Below are positions 48,886-58,563 of a DNA stretch of 64,000 nucleotides, piece by piece. The translations under genes were made by a program, and so were the position numbers. The DNA is from Ignavibacteriota bacterium. Lineage in GTDB: Bacteria > Bacteroidota > Ignavibacteria > UBA10030 > CAVZMI01. The notes beneath the pieces were generated by a model. It searched no databases, was not told the origin of the DNA, and saw nothing but the letters and a program-made list of their open reading frames with translations. The stretch lies in NCBI GenBank assembly GCA_963776275.1, contig CAVZMI010000020.1:96001-160000 (forward strand), written 5' to 3'. Position 1 is the first letter of the stretch; every line of letters starts with the position of its first letter.

Positions 48886-48914
48886 TTAGACTCGGTATTC
48901 AAAAAAAGGTTGTC
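48886..48914 (-). promoter_or_regulatory. Putative ECF autoregulatory promoter
   Basis: Minus strand gacAAC-N17-GTCtaa immediately upstream of the sigma start. Confidence 0.6.
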
Positions 48915-49094
48915 GGTGGCGGTGCTGGAACCGCTCTAAGAATTCACTTCCTCAAATAATAACTAATAAATAAGGGCGGTTTAAATAAATATACTACTCT
49001 ATTGCATTAAAGACATCGATGCGGCGTACTGTTGAATGTAAATCTGGAGGAATAACGGGATTTCAGGTTGGGAAGTTGAAGGTTTAAGGTTATA

Positions 49095-50339
49095 TCAACT
49101 TACATCGAGTCCAATCAGAATTTCAATATCGTCTGTACCTGGAAACATATCGAGAGGAACGGCCTTAGAAGGATAATAGCCCGATTTTTTCCACCGGGAA
49201 AGCTCCTGAGGGATGCGATCGACATCGCAAAAAATATGTACTACCCTTTCCGGCCGGCGTGCGGCGATCGTCTCTATAACTCCCTCCGATGTACCGCCGC
49301 GGGGCGGATCGAGAATAACCGAAAACTGCTGCGGAGCTTTTTGTAAGAGCACCTCCATCGATTCCTGCGTAATATCACGGCGCAAAAATCGGACGTGCTG
49401 CTCGTGCTGCCGGATGGCGTTAGATTTTGCCGCTTCAACCGAAGCACCCGTTATTTCAACTCCGGTCGCCGATGCGACTTTCCCGGCGAAGGAAAGCGCG
49501 AAAAGTCCGTAACCGCAATACAAATCATAAAGATGCATCTCACGGTGAGGCGAGATCAGAGTCTCAACGCGCCTGACCATCTCTTCGACCATCGATTGAT
49601 TGATCTGGGAGAACGATAAGGGCGAATACAGAAAGCTTTTCCCGAGGATCTTCTGATATATTTCTTTCTTCCCGTACACGCGCCGGAACGAATGCTCCTC
49701 TCCTTCGCCGGACGAAAGATAATACCGCGATCGCTTCTCATCGTGATAGAGAAAAATACCTGTAACCTCTTTCACTGCCGCCGTCAGGGCTTTCGACAAT
49801 GCATTAATTTTTTTCAGAACGGCGGGTTCGATCGCTTTGACATTCAGAATAACCGTCAGCTCGGCATAGCTCCCTTTGATGATGACATAATTCAATGCAT
49901 CTGCAAGACGCCGCTCTTTTGCCGTATCGAGAAATTTCTGCACACACGCATACACTCGCGCGTGCGCCTCCGGTTCGATCATACATTGCACGACATCGAT
50001 GGCGCCTGCATGCCCGCCGCCTCTTTGTGAAATGCCGATTAGGCCGAGCCGCGCTTTCCCACGGGATGGAAATACCCTTCGTTTCGTGACAGTACGATAG
50101 AATCGCCCGAGTGACGAAGGAATAATGGAATCGATCGAGATGGGTAGTTTATTCCTTCTCCAGAATTTTTTCAGTACGTCGTTTTTTATACGGAGTTCAT
50201 CGTCATAATTTAGCATCACCGCATGACAGAGCGAACATCGTTTTCCGTAAGGAGTCTGGCATTCACCGTCACGAAGCGCTCGTTGAGGGATGTGCGCTGC
50301 TTGGATGGCTCGCGTGTAACATTCTTCAAAATGGATCAT
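49095..50339 (-). CDS. RlmD/TrmA-like RNA m5U methyltransferase
   Basis: FSQIN, DLYCGYG, LDPPRGG, DMFPGT. Confidence 0.85.
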   Translation of the reverse strand: MIHFEECYTRAIQAAHIPQRALRDGECQTPYGKRCSLCHAVMLNYDDELRIKNDVLKKFWRRNKLPISIDSIIPSSLGRFYRTVTKRRVFPSRGKARLGLIGISQRGGGHAGAIDVVQCMIEPEAHARVYACVQKFLDTAKERRLADALNYVIIKGSYAELTVILNVKAIEPAVLKKINALSKALTAAVKEVTGIFLYHDEKRSRYYLSSGEGEEHSFRRVYGKKEIYQKILGKSFLYSPLSFSQINQSMVEEMVRRVETLISPHREMHLYDLYCGYGLFALSFAGKVASATGVEITGASVEAAKSNAIRQHEQHVRFLRRDITQESMEVLLQKAPQQFSVILDPPRGGTSEGVIETIAARRPERVVHIFCDVDRIPQELSRWKKSGYYPSKAVPLDMFPGTDDIEILIGLDVS

Positions 50340-50369
50340 ATCATGATGCGGAAGAGTAAAAAAAGGAAA

Positions 50370-50798
50370 CTACACACGACCTTTCTTGACGTATTCAACG
50401 GAACATACCGTATGAACGCCGCCGCGAACTTTATAGTCGGCCGTAACCTGCATCTGTTTGGGCTTGCAGCATGCGACAAGATCTTCCAGGATTTTATTGA
50501 CGACATGCTCCTGATAAATACCGACATTCCGGTACGAGAGAAGATAATATTTGAACGAACGTAATTCGATGATTTTTTTATCGGGTACATAATCGACTTT
50601 GATCGTCGCGAAATCGGGAAGTCCCGACCATGGACAAACAGCCGTGAATTCGTCTGTTTCAATGTGAATCTTTTGATCCCGTGTGGGATATTCGTATGGA
50701 AATGTGTCGAGTACTGAAGCATCGATTGTCTCGACGCTCTGTACATCGTATCGCCGGTCGAGGGGCTGGAATTTTGCTTTTTGAGATTTCTTTTTCAT
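50370..50798 (-). CDS. queF: NADPH-dependent preQ0 reductase
   Basis: EFTAVCPWSGLPDF, ELRSFKYYL, RGG. Confidence 0.92.
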   Translation of the reverse strand: MKKKSQKAKFQPLDRRYDVQSVETIDASVLDTFPYEYPTRDQKIHIETDEFTAVCPWSGLPDFATIKVDYVPDKKIIELRSFKYYLLSYRNVGIYQEHVVNKILEDLVACCKPKQMQVTADYKVRGGVHTVCSVEYVKKGRV

Positions 50799-51062
50799 AA
50801 GATAAAAGTATCAAAGAGATAGCAATCTAAACTCTGTGTCCTCTGCGCGAGAATGCTATTTTGAAGTTCCTCCGTGGACTCTGTGTTTTTCTTTTTATCA
50901 ACGATTTCTTTTTGGTAAAATCAAATATAGCTAAATCGTCCACCAAATGCTATGAACCTCGAAGGAAGACAGATCATAAAATTAATAATAAGTTGATATT
51001 CTTCGGGAGATTTGCTATATCACATAGGCACGATATTTTACATAAACACTCGAAGTGAACTC

Positions 51063-51803
51063 ATGAAGTGGTACGAAGACGATCGGTTTTGGGAAGTAAT
51101 GGGCCCGAAAATGTTCACACCGGAACAATGGCAGAAGGCTGCTTCTAATGTGGACGACATTGAAAAACTTCTGCACATCGAGAAAGAAATGGCAATCCTC
51201 GATCTCTGCTGCGGCCCGGGCCGTCACTCGCTTGAATTTTTGCGCCGGGGATACAGGGTCACAAGCGTCGACCGAACTGCCGGATATCTTGACGAGCTGA
51301 AATCGCGGGCAGATTCAGAACACTTGCCGGCTGAAATCATCCGGGAAGATATGCGCACTTTTATCCGTCCGTCGTCGTTTGATGTCGCATTAAGTCTTTT
51401 TACTTCATTCGGATACTTTGATGATCAGGAAAATTTGCAGGTTCTCCAGAACATACATACTTCACTGAAAATTGGCGGACAGATTATTATCGAAATGATG
51501 GGGAAAGAAATCATTGCCCATATTTACCAGAAACACGACTGGAACGAAGAAAACGGCATTCTCTTCCTGGAAGAACGCATTGTGCATGACTCATGGAACC
51601 GGATGACCAATCGATGGATTAAAATCGACGGTTCCAAACGATCGGAGTATACTTTTTCTATCAGGTTGTATTCGGGAAGAGAACTGATTGAGATGGTACA
51701 ATTGGTGGGTTTTGGCGATGTCAGAATCTACGGAAGCCTCGGCGGTACACCCTACGATCAGAATGCAGAACGGCTTGTGCTTACAGCCGTCAAAAGAACA
51801 TAA
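51063..51803 (+). CDS. Class I SAM-dependent methyltransferase
   Basis: LDLCCGPGRH, DMR, FTSFGYF. Confidence 0.9.
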   Translation: MKWYEDDRFWEVMGPKMFTPEQWQKAASNVDDIEKLLHIEKEMAILDLCCGPGRHSLEFLRRGYRVTSVDRTAGYLDELKSRADSEHLPAEIIREDMRTFIRPSSFDVALSLFTSFGYFDDQENLQVLQNIHTSLKIGGQIIIEMMGKEIIAHIYQKHDWNEENGILFLEERIVHDSWNRMTNRWIKIDGSKRSEYTFSIRLYSGRELIEMVQLVGFGDVRIYGSLGGTPYDQNAERLVLTAVKRT

Positions 51804-51885
51804 ATTGAAATTCAAAAGAACATTGATAACTATCGTTAATGATTTAATAATGTTCATACAATGATTATGATCAAGGAGAATTTCC

Positions 51886-53286
51886 GTGCCATCGGGAATA
51901 GGTGAAACTTTACGCGGCCTCACAATCGGTGTCGAGGAGGAAGTACCCGTCATCGATGGAAAGAAACGCCGCTATATCAATTTTGATAATGCAGCGAGCA
52001 CGCCGACACTCAGGCCGATCGTAGAAAAGGTCGATGAATTCCTGAAATGGTACAGTAATGTTCACCGGGGGACAGGATTCAAGTCTAAACTCTCATCATG
52101 GGCATTTGAAAAATCGCGCGAAAAAATCGCCGCGTTTGTAAATGGCAATCAGAAAGAGCGAATCGTTCTCTTTGCAAAAAATACAACCGAGGCGATCAAC
52201 CATCTTTCACGTCGACTTCTATTCCGGAAGGATGCGATCGTTCTTACCACCGTCATGGAACACCACTCGAACGAACTTCCATGGCGGAAAGCCGCACAGG
52301 TAATACATATCGGTGTTCTTCCAGACGGCCGTATCGATGAGAACGACTTCCGGCAGAAATTGCAAATGTACCGGGATCGCATCCAGCTAGTTGCCGTCAC
52401 CGGCGCTTCAAATGTTACCGGCTATGTGAATCCTGTTCATTCGTATGCAAAATGGACTCATGCAGTCGGGGCAAAATTCTTTTGCGATGCAGCCCAGCTT
52501 GCGCCTCACCGCCCGATCGATATGAAATTGCCGGAAGATCCCGAATGCATCGATTATCTGGCGTTTTCCGCCCATAAAATGTATGCTCCGTACGGACTCG
52601 GCGTGCTCATCGCTGAACGAAAACCCTTTGAACAGGGTGATCCGGATATCGTCGGGGGCGGCACCGTCGATATCGTGAACCTTGAAAACGCGTACTGGAC
52701 AGATTTACCCGATAAGGAAGAAGCCGGCACGCCCGACATCGTCGGTGCTGTGGCTCTTGCAGCAGCTATCAATTTTCTCAATAATGCGGGATGGAAGGCT
52801 ATCATCGATCATGAATCGGAATTGACCCGCTATACACTGGAGAGATTCAGGGATATACCCCGTATCATCCTCTATGGTGATGCCGATCCTGACCGTACAC
52901 ATGAAAGACTTGGCGTCATATCATTTAATATCGAAAACATTCCACATGCACTAACAGCGGCTATCTTAAATTACGAATGGGCAATCGGAACCCGGAACGG
53001 TTGTTTCTGCGCGCATCCTTATGTAAAAGCCATTATGCATGTAAATGAACAACTCGCGAGGCAGATGGAAGAAGAAATTCATCGTCGCGACAGGTCACAT
53101 CTGCCGGGGACAGTCCGCGTCAGTTTTGGAATCTACAACACCACAGAAGAAATCGATATTCTCTGTGAAGCGCTCCGTGCAATTTCATCAGGGAAATATC
53201 AGACTGGTTACATCCTTAATAAAGAGCGGGGTGAATATTACCGTGAAGATACAGATGAGAGGTTCGATCACTATTTTTCTCTTTAA
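51886..53286 (+). CDS. Class V PLP aminotransferase (SufS-like cysteine desulfurase family)
   Basis: FDNAAST, EHHSN, DAAQ, SAHK, RNGCFCAHP. Confidence 0.9.
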   Translation: MPSGIGETLRGLTIGVEEEVPVIDGKKRRYINFDNAASTPTLRPIVEKVDEFLKWYSNVHRGTGFKSKLSSWAFEKSREKIAAFVNGNQKERIVLFAKNTTEAINHLSRRLLFRKDAIVLTTVMEHHSNELPWRKAAQVIHIGVLPDGRIDENDFRQKLQMYRDRIQLVAVTGASNVTGYVNPVHSYAKWTHAVGAKFFCDAAQLAPHRPIDMKLPEDPECIDYLAFSAHKMYAPYGLGVLIAERKPFEQGDPDIVGGGTVDIVNLENAYWTDLPDKEEAGTPDIVGAVALAAAINFLNNAGWKAIIDHESELTRYTLERFRDIPRIILYGDADPDRTHERLGVISFNIENIPHALTAAILNYEWAIGTRNGCFCAHPYVKAIMHVNEQLARQMEEEIHRRDRSHLPGTVRVSFGIYNTTEEIDILCEALRAISSGKYQTGYILNKERGEYYREDTDERFDHYFSL

Positions 53287-53456
53287 ATTACAATGATGAA
53301 AAGGGATGAAAAATCCTTTCCAGAGTCATATAACACTTTTTAATTTTTCCTTTTTCCTTTTTCCTTAAAAAAATGCCTTATAACTGTATCTTATTACTGC
53401 TGTCCAAGACATTCCAGCTTGAATTTATTTTGGAAAAGTACTATATAAGATAAAAG

Positions 53457-53786
53457 ATGAAAATCCAGGACGTTCCTTTTTCCACCGTGGAGTGGGATAA
53501 AATCCCTCCCATCGAGTACAAGGGTGAAACCGGCACCTCGTGGTGCAAAACCATCGAACAGGGAAATATCCGTGTTCGAGTAGTCGAGTACGGGGCGGGA
53601 TACAGGGCCAACCATTGGTGCGACCGCGGTCATGTAGTTTTTATTCTGAATGGAGAAATCGACATAGAGATCGAAAACGGAAAAACATATCACTTATTCC
53701 CAGGAATGAGTTTCCATGTTGCCGATGGTCTCGATATCCACCGGGCGTTTTCAGAGAAAGGTGCAAAGGTTTTTATTATTGATTAA
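53457..53786 (+). CDS. DHCW-motif cupin-fold protein
   Basis: GETG, YRANHWCDRGH. Confidence 0.85.
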   Translation: MKIQDVPFSTVEWDKIPPIEYKGETGTSWCKTIEQGNIRVRVVEYGAGYRANHWCDRGHVVFILNGEIDIEIENGKTYHLFPGMSFHVADGLDIHRAFSEKGAKVFIID

Positions 53787-53908
53787 TCTACCCTTGATTT
53801 TGACACCGGATTTTCTCATTTTAGCTTGTCGATCATTCTACTGCAGTAACATTCTGCAGGAATCAACCGTCGGTTTAATACAGATTTCTTAAGTTTTTAG
53901 GATCCATA

Positions 53909-54928
53909 ATGAAATATTCCGCCCTGATACTCGTCGTGCTGGCGTGCAGCACTGCAAATGCCGGTGAAACGAAAGTGGCAAAATATGCAGGAGAATTTCT
54001 CTCGATCGGTGTCGGCGGCCGGGCTCTTGGAATGGGGAGCGCCGCTGTCGCAATCGCCGGCGACGTGACCGCAGGATATTGGAATCCTGCGGGTCTCAGC
54101 GACATCAAGTATCCGGAAGTCATTTTCATGCATGACGAAGGTTTCGGAAGTCTTATCAGTTACGACTATGGTGCCGCTGCAATCCCTTACGGCCCTTCTT
54201 CGAGTTTCGGATTAAGCGTGATGCGGCTTGGCGTCGACGGCATTCCCGACACGAGGAACGCACTGATCGATGTTAACGGTAATAACAGATTCGATGGTGC
54301 TGATCGAATCGATTATTCCCGTGTGACATATTTTACAACCGCTGATTGGGTTTTTTATGCATCATATGCTAAAAAAGTCTCATCTGAATTTTCATACGGC
54401 GCGAACCTCAAATTCATCCGCCGTTCGCTCGCAGACGCTTCGGCAACCGGTATCGGATTTGATGTTGCCGTTCAGTACATCCCATTCGAGAATGTCCGCC
54501 TGGGAGCAAATGTTCAGGATGTGACAACGACACTGGTTGCATGGAGCACGGGTTTAAACGAATTGATCTCCCCGACAGTTAAGGTCGGAGGAGCATATCT
54601 CATGGAATTATTTGGCGGACAACTTACACCGGAAGTTGATTTTGACCTCCGCTTTGAAAATCGGCGGACAGCATCGACAGCATACGTCGGCCCGGTGAGT
54701 ATCGATGTCCGTGGTGGTATGGAGTATGCCTATAAAAATGTCATTGCCGTACGTATCGGGTATACAGATATAAAACAGTTGACTCTGGGTGCAGGATTAC
54801 GGTTACCGAAATTGGATATCGATTATTCATTTGCAAAATTCGACGGAACCGGTCAGCTCGGGAATACTCATCGAATTTCACTAAAGCTGACAATCGACAG
54901 TGAAAAATACGCTCGGCCGACAGAATGA
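53909..54928 (+). CDS. PorV/PorQ-family outer-membrane protein
   Basis: FLSIGVGGRALGMG, YWNPAGL, THRISL. Confidence 0.85.
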   Translation: MKYSALILVVLACSTANAGETKVAKYAGEFLSIGVGGRALGMGSAAVAIAGDVTAGYWNPAGLSDIKYPEVIFMHDEGFGSLISYDYGAAAIPYGPSSSFGLSVMRLGVDGIPDTRNALIDVNGNNRFDGADRIDYSRVTYFTTADWVFYASYAKKVSSEFSYGANLKFIRRSLADASATGIGFDVAVQYIPFENVRLGANVQDVTTTLVAWSTGLNELISPTVKVGGAYLMELFGGQLTPEVDFDLRFENRRTASTAYVGPVSIDVRGGMEYAYKNVIAVRIGYTDIKQLTLGAGLRLPKLDIDYSFAKFDGTGQLGNTHRISLKLTIDSEKYARPTE

Positions 54929-55863
54929 AGTCTTTTATCAATTTTTTATCAATCCACTCGCACTGCAATTCGTCGTTCCCGCAGGTAAACGAGAAGCAAA
55001 AATCTGAGATCCGACGGAAAGTTGAAAAATACTTACTCGGCGTAATATCTTCCGATGATTGTAAAGCGAAATTCTTTTTCCTTTTTTTTTACTTTTTAGT
55101 TTTTACCCCTCTGCTCACCCGACCCATAGAACGGGTCGGATTCGCTCGGGGCAAGCTTTTTTCCCCATCGGCTCGTTCAACCCGGTACCCTTCGATCACT
55201 CGACCCCTCGATAAACTCGGGGCAGGCAAGGTCTCGACAGGCTCGACCCAAGGCTCGCGGCAAGCAAGCTCAGGGCAAGTCATCGGGATTCACTCGGTCA
55301 AGATGTACTTTTTCCTTTTTACTTTTTACTTTTTCCTTTTGTTTTCCGGATGCGCCTCTCTAAAATACCCTTCCTCATATCCGATGACCCGTGAAATTGT
55401 TCGATCACTTCAAGGCGGAATTACGGTTCAAGTTCCTCAGGGATGGTTTAATTCCACCGATGCAAATGTCTCTCCCGGATTGTTACTATGGTTGGTAAAA
55501 AAAGATTATACAGCGGCGATAACATTAACGGAGCTTCACATTGACGAAATCGGAAGCAAACAGGTCATAATTGATGGTCTTGAAACACTAGCCTCAATCA
55601 GCTTTTCATTGAAGAAAGAACGGGTTCAAGAGGGAATACAATTAATCGGGACGTATGAAATATTTACACTGGGTGGAAAAAAATATTGCGCGTATGAATA
55701 TTCGACCGATCAGGGAAAGACTATAGAAAGGGTGATTGTGTTTGGAGGTGTCGGAAAATGGTTCGAACTATCGGCTGTTCCATTCCAAAAAAGAGGTCGT
55801 TTTATCGATCATGAAAGCCTATTCTCCGTCCAAAATTCTCTTCTTAATTCACTTCGTTTTTAA
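54925..55863 (+). CDS. Putative lipoprotein with a repeat-expanded N-terminus (alternative start 55303)
   Basis: Lipobox LFSGC; ATGA overlap with the upstream gene; frame stays open through the nested repeats. Confidence 0.6.
   Translation: MKSFINFLSIHSHCNSSFPQVNEKQKSEIRRKVEKYLLGVISSDDCKAKFFFLFFYFLVFTPLLTRPIERVGFARGKLFSPSARSTRYPSITRPLDKLGAGKVSTGSTQGSRQASSGQVIGIHSVKMYFFLFTFYFFLLFSGCASLKYPSSYPMTREIVRSLQGGITVQVPQGWFNSTDANVSPGLLLWLVKKDYTAAITLTELHIDEIGSKQVIIDGLETLASISFSLKKERVQEGIQLIGTYEIFTLGGKKYCAYEYSTDQGKTIERVIVFGGVGKWFELSAVPFQKRGRFIDHESLFSVQNSLLNSLRF
55106..55302 (-). repeat. Two nested palindromic insertions in a T-rich heptamer tract
   Basis: cccttcga...caagctcagggcaag (55188-55279) encloses cccctcgataaactcgggg, ggtctcgacaggctcgacc and gctcgcggcaag; a second nest lies at 55106-55155. 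Confidence 0.8.
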
Positions 55864-56030
55864 GCTGGTAAAGATAGGCTGTTTCTTTTCCCCATCTGGC
55901 TAATATTCGGCACATTTCCTTATCCTAATCCCATAAAATAAATGAAAAAGGCCGGTTCTCAATTTGGCATAGTTTTGGTGTTTTTCACTAAAGTATAATT
56001 ATAGAATTATCACTATTGGGAGATGTCATA

Positions 56031-56273
56031 ATGGCTGTGAAGCAGAATTTTAAGGAATGTAGCGGCTGTGGGAAAGTATGGCGTACAGCAGATACTTTCT
56101 TAAACGACAAATCACTGAAACTCAATGGATATCAGTGGAATTTGCTGCAGGAAAAATCAGGATTATTAGTCTATACGCATGAACGTAGTTACTGTGGAAG
56201 CACGATAAGCGTGAAAGCTCAGAGTTTCTCACATCACTCAGAAAAAGAACTAACCGACGAACGAAAGAATTGA
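56031..56273 (+). CDS. Small Cys/His-containing hypothetical protein
   Basis: CSGC..W, H...CGST; GGAG RBS. Confidence 0.65.
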   Translation: MAVKQNFKECSGCGKVWRTADTFLNDKSLKLNGYQWNLLQEKSGLLVYTHERSYCGSTISVKAQSFSHHSEKELTDERKN

Positions 56274-56332
56274 CGAAACTTCCGTCAGGTGGGATATCCT
56301 TGTGGAGGGGAAACCACGTGATGTCTTCATAG

Positions 56333-56369
56333 AAGCCCGGGTTTGTTTTAAGCAAATCGGGGCTTTTTT
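56333..56369 (+). terminator. Intrinsic terminator
   Basis: aagcccgggtttg / caaatcggggctt followed by a T-run. Confidence 0.6.
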
Positions 56370-56691
56370 ATTTGTTATTAAAAATCCTTAGCAATTCAGT
56401 AAATTTTCTAAGAATGACTTGCGTTCAACCGGGACATGTAGAGATGAAGTTAAATTATTGAGAGGAAAGTAGTTAATTCTTTTAGGGGACGACTACTTAA
56501 TGAGAATTTTTCCATTGGATTTTTATAAGGACTATATGAATATACTTCCCACAAATAACAGGCGGCGCGCATATTCCATTTTTTATGTACGGGAGGCACA
56601 CGCCTCATGGAATATACACACCGCCGTATCATGCCTCCAATTTGATATATCCCCCTGATATCAATCGGAGAACAGTGAGATGGCACAGGTT

Positions 56692-56868
56692 TTATTCAGT
56701 CACCGGATAGACATGAATGAAGCTTTCTCCCATCGGAAAAAGCATCGGCTCGAAATTCACATTTGAATTCCTGGCTGCTGAAGTGAGTTCCACGTCGACA
56801 TAATGATCGACTTGCTCCCCAGATGAACTGTAGACTTCAACAATAATTTCTTTTATGGCCTTTTTCAT
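56692..56868 (-). CDS. Unlisted 58-aa small ORF (MKKAIKEIIVEVYSSSGEQVDH...)
   Basis: Hand-translated; GGAGG 10 nt upstream of the ATG; below the ORF-track length cutoff. Confidence 0.45.
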   Translation of the reverse strand: MKKAIKEIIVEVYSSSGEQVDHYVDVELTSAARNSNVNFEPMLFPMGESFIHVYPVTE

Positions 56869-57283
56869 TTTAATCTGCCTCCCTTCGAAGCTCTTGGTTT
56901 TACATTTACTCCATTGGGAACATATGCTATGCCAAATATAAAAATGACCAAAATGAGGAGAATTTGAGGTTTCCTTATAAGAGTGCGAATTCGGGAATAG
57001 AAAATTCTACAATATTCTTTGAAATAAATAAAAACCCTAATAAAATCAGCTTTTTTTGGCATGGAATATGGTGTATGACTTTGGAAAGGTTCAGTTCAAG
57101 AAAAAATGAAGATTTTCTTCATAAATGCTATTTAACACTTGCGTTTTACAATTTTGGCATATATCTTTGTATGTACAAAAAGGGAGCAAAAGAGACCATA
57201 TTTGTGCAGAGTGTAAAAGTCGTATAATTACGCCAGAACTCAGTGTAATTCACAATACTTTCACTCTTCGAGGAGGAGTATCT

Positions 57284-57571
57284 ATGGGTAAAGCAATGTC
57301 TAAATCACAGGTTGCAGATCACTTTGCAAAAAAGTTTGAACTTAAGAAAAAAGTTGTTGCAGCATTATTTGCAGAACTTGCAAATCTAGCGTATAAAGAA
57401 GCAAGAAATTCATTCACGATTCCTGGCATCGGTAAACTGGTATTAGTCGACCGGAAAGCACGCATCGGAAGAAATCCGGCAACTGGTGAACAGATTCAGA
57501 TCCCAGCGAAGACTGTAGTGAAATTCCGGGTAGCAAAAGCTTGTAAAGACGCTGTGTTGGCGCAGAAATAA
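57284..57571 (+). CDS. hup: HU-family DNA-binding protein
   Basis: IPGIGKL..RKARIGRNPATGE.I.IPAK; GGAGG RBS. Confidence 0.92.
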   Translation: MGKAMSKSQVADHFAKKFELKKKVVAALFAELANLAYKEARNSFTIPGIGKLVLVDRKARIGRNPATGEQIQIPAKTVVKFRVAKACKDAVLAQK

Positions 57572-57613
57572 ACTACTGCAATTTTTAAAGATTTTTGGTG
57601 GGATATAAACAAC

Positions 57614-57650
57614 AATAGTCCCGTTGTTTTAGCGGGACTATTTCATTTTT
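57614..57650 (+). terminator. Intrinsic terminator after the HU gene
   Basis: aatagtcccg / cgggactatt hairpin followed by a T-rich tail. Confidence 0.7.
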
Positions 57651-57736
57651 TGTCGGGGCGACAGGATTCCCGCTCCGCCCCGCTCTTATGCCGCATTATC
57701 GGCGGAGCGGGGCGAGCGAACCTGCGACTTCTCGGT
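57646..57736 (-). repeat. Duplicated 3' half of tRNA-Pro with a 48-bp hairpin inserted in the T-loop
   Basis: 57646-57669 = 58082-58105 and 57718-57732 = 58106-58120; insert 57670-57717. Confidence 0.9.
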
Positions 57737-57979
57737 ATCTAAGATATTCTTTATTTTCTGTCGACCTGCACTACTTTTATAATATTTTTCACGTTTCAAA
57801 GCATCATCTCTGCTCATGAACTCCTCACTCCAAATCATTTCCCACGGTACATAAGCTTTCGTCGACTTAACTTTGCCACCGTTATGTTCTCCAATTCGCT
57901 TTTGAATGTTTTCAGTCTGGCCAACATATGTCCTTAGATGAGAAGACGAAAATAGTATATAAAGTGTGAAAACTGACAT
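57686..57979 (-). CDS. Small stand-alone GIY-YIG nuclease
   Basis: LYIL...YVGQT....R..EHN, AL.REK..K; C-terminus runs into the tRNA copy. Confidence 0.9.
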   Translation of the reverse strand: MSVFTLYILFSSSHLRTYVGQTENIQKRIGEHNGGKVKSTKAYVPWEMIWSEEFMSRDDALKREKYYKSSAGRQKIKNILDTEKSQVRSPRSADNAA

Positions 57980-58088
57980 AATAGTCTTTTAGGGGCTTTA
58001 TGGGACGATGATTTTCTAATGGCGGAAGTGAATAATTTCCTTAAAAATTAGACTGTGAGGAGATGTACTTCCATGAGAAGTTTTTTTG

Positions 58089-58163
58089 TCGGGGCGACAG
58101 GATTCGAACCTGCGACTTCTTGGTCCCAAACCAAGCGCTCTAGCCGGGCTGAGCTACGCCCCG
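58089..58163 (-). tRNA. tRNA-Pro(TGG)
   Basis: Cloverleaf CGGGGCG...CTTGG-TTTGGGA-CCAAG...GGTTCGAATCC...CGCCCCGA; CCA not encoded. Confidence 0.96.
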
Positions 58164-58563
58164 AAAAAACCTTGAGATTAAGATAACCGATTAAATGTCG
58201 AAAATCAATTTAGAAATGGAAAACTGGGTGATTATACGATTTGCAGCAAAGATTGAATGTCATTTTCAACCTCTGAAGAACTCAACTCCAACATTCACAA
58301 TAACTTGGCCTGCCTATAATTTTGTCATATTTCCATGACCCTTCGCTCATATATCGGTGATATTTTTCCGATAAAAAAATAATATAAAACGTTGTTCGGA
58401 CCGAATTCGTGATGCCGCCCGGGCTTTAGATCGAAGTAGAAGCAACTAAGGAGCCTCGATGTATGGATTAAAATGATGGAACCGGATTTCTTTTGCCTAG
58501 TCGTTCTTTAACGGGGACTTCGGCCCGGATAGTTTGCCAGATGATATTCTAAATAGTACAGGT

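Noticed and set aside
50799-51000. preQ1 riboswitch upstream of queF
   Set aside because: No recognisable aptamer pattern
55960-57170. Sigma54 promoters at several TGGCA motifs
   Set aside because: None has a proper TTGC at the -12 position
57125-57283. N-terminal extension of HU given in the ORF track
   Set aside because: A strong GGAGG precedes the ATG at 57284, which gives a normal-length HU
57646-57736. Second tRNA gene with an intron
   Set aside because: It lacks the D-arm, anticodon loop and 5' acceptor strand; only the 3' half is present
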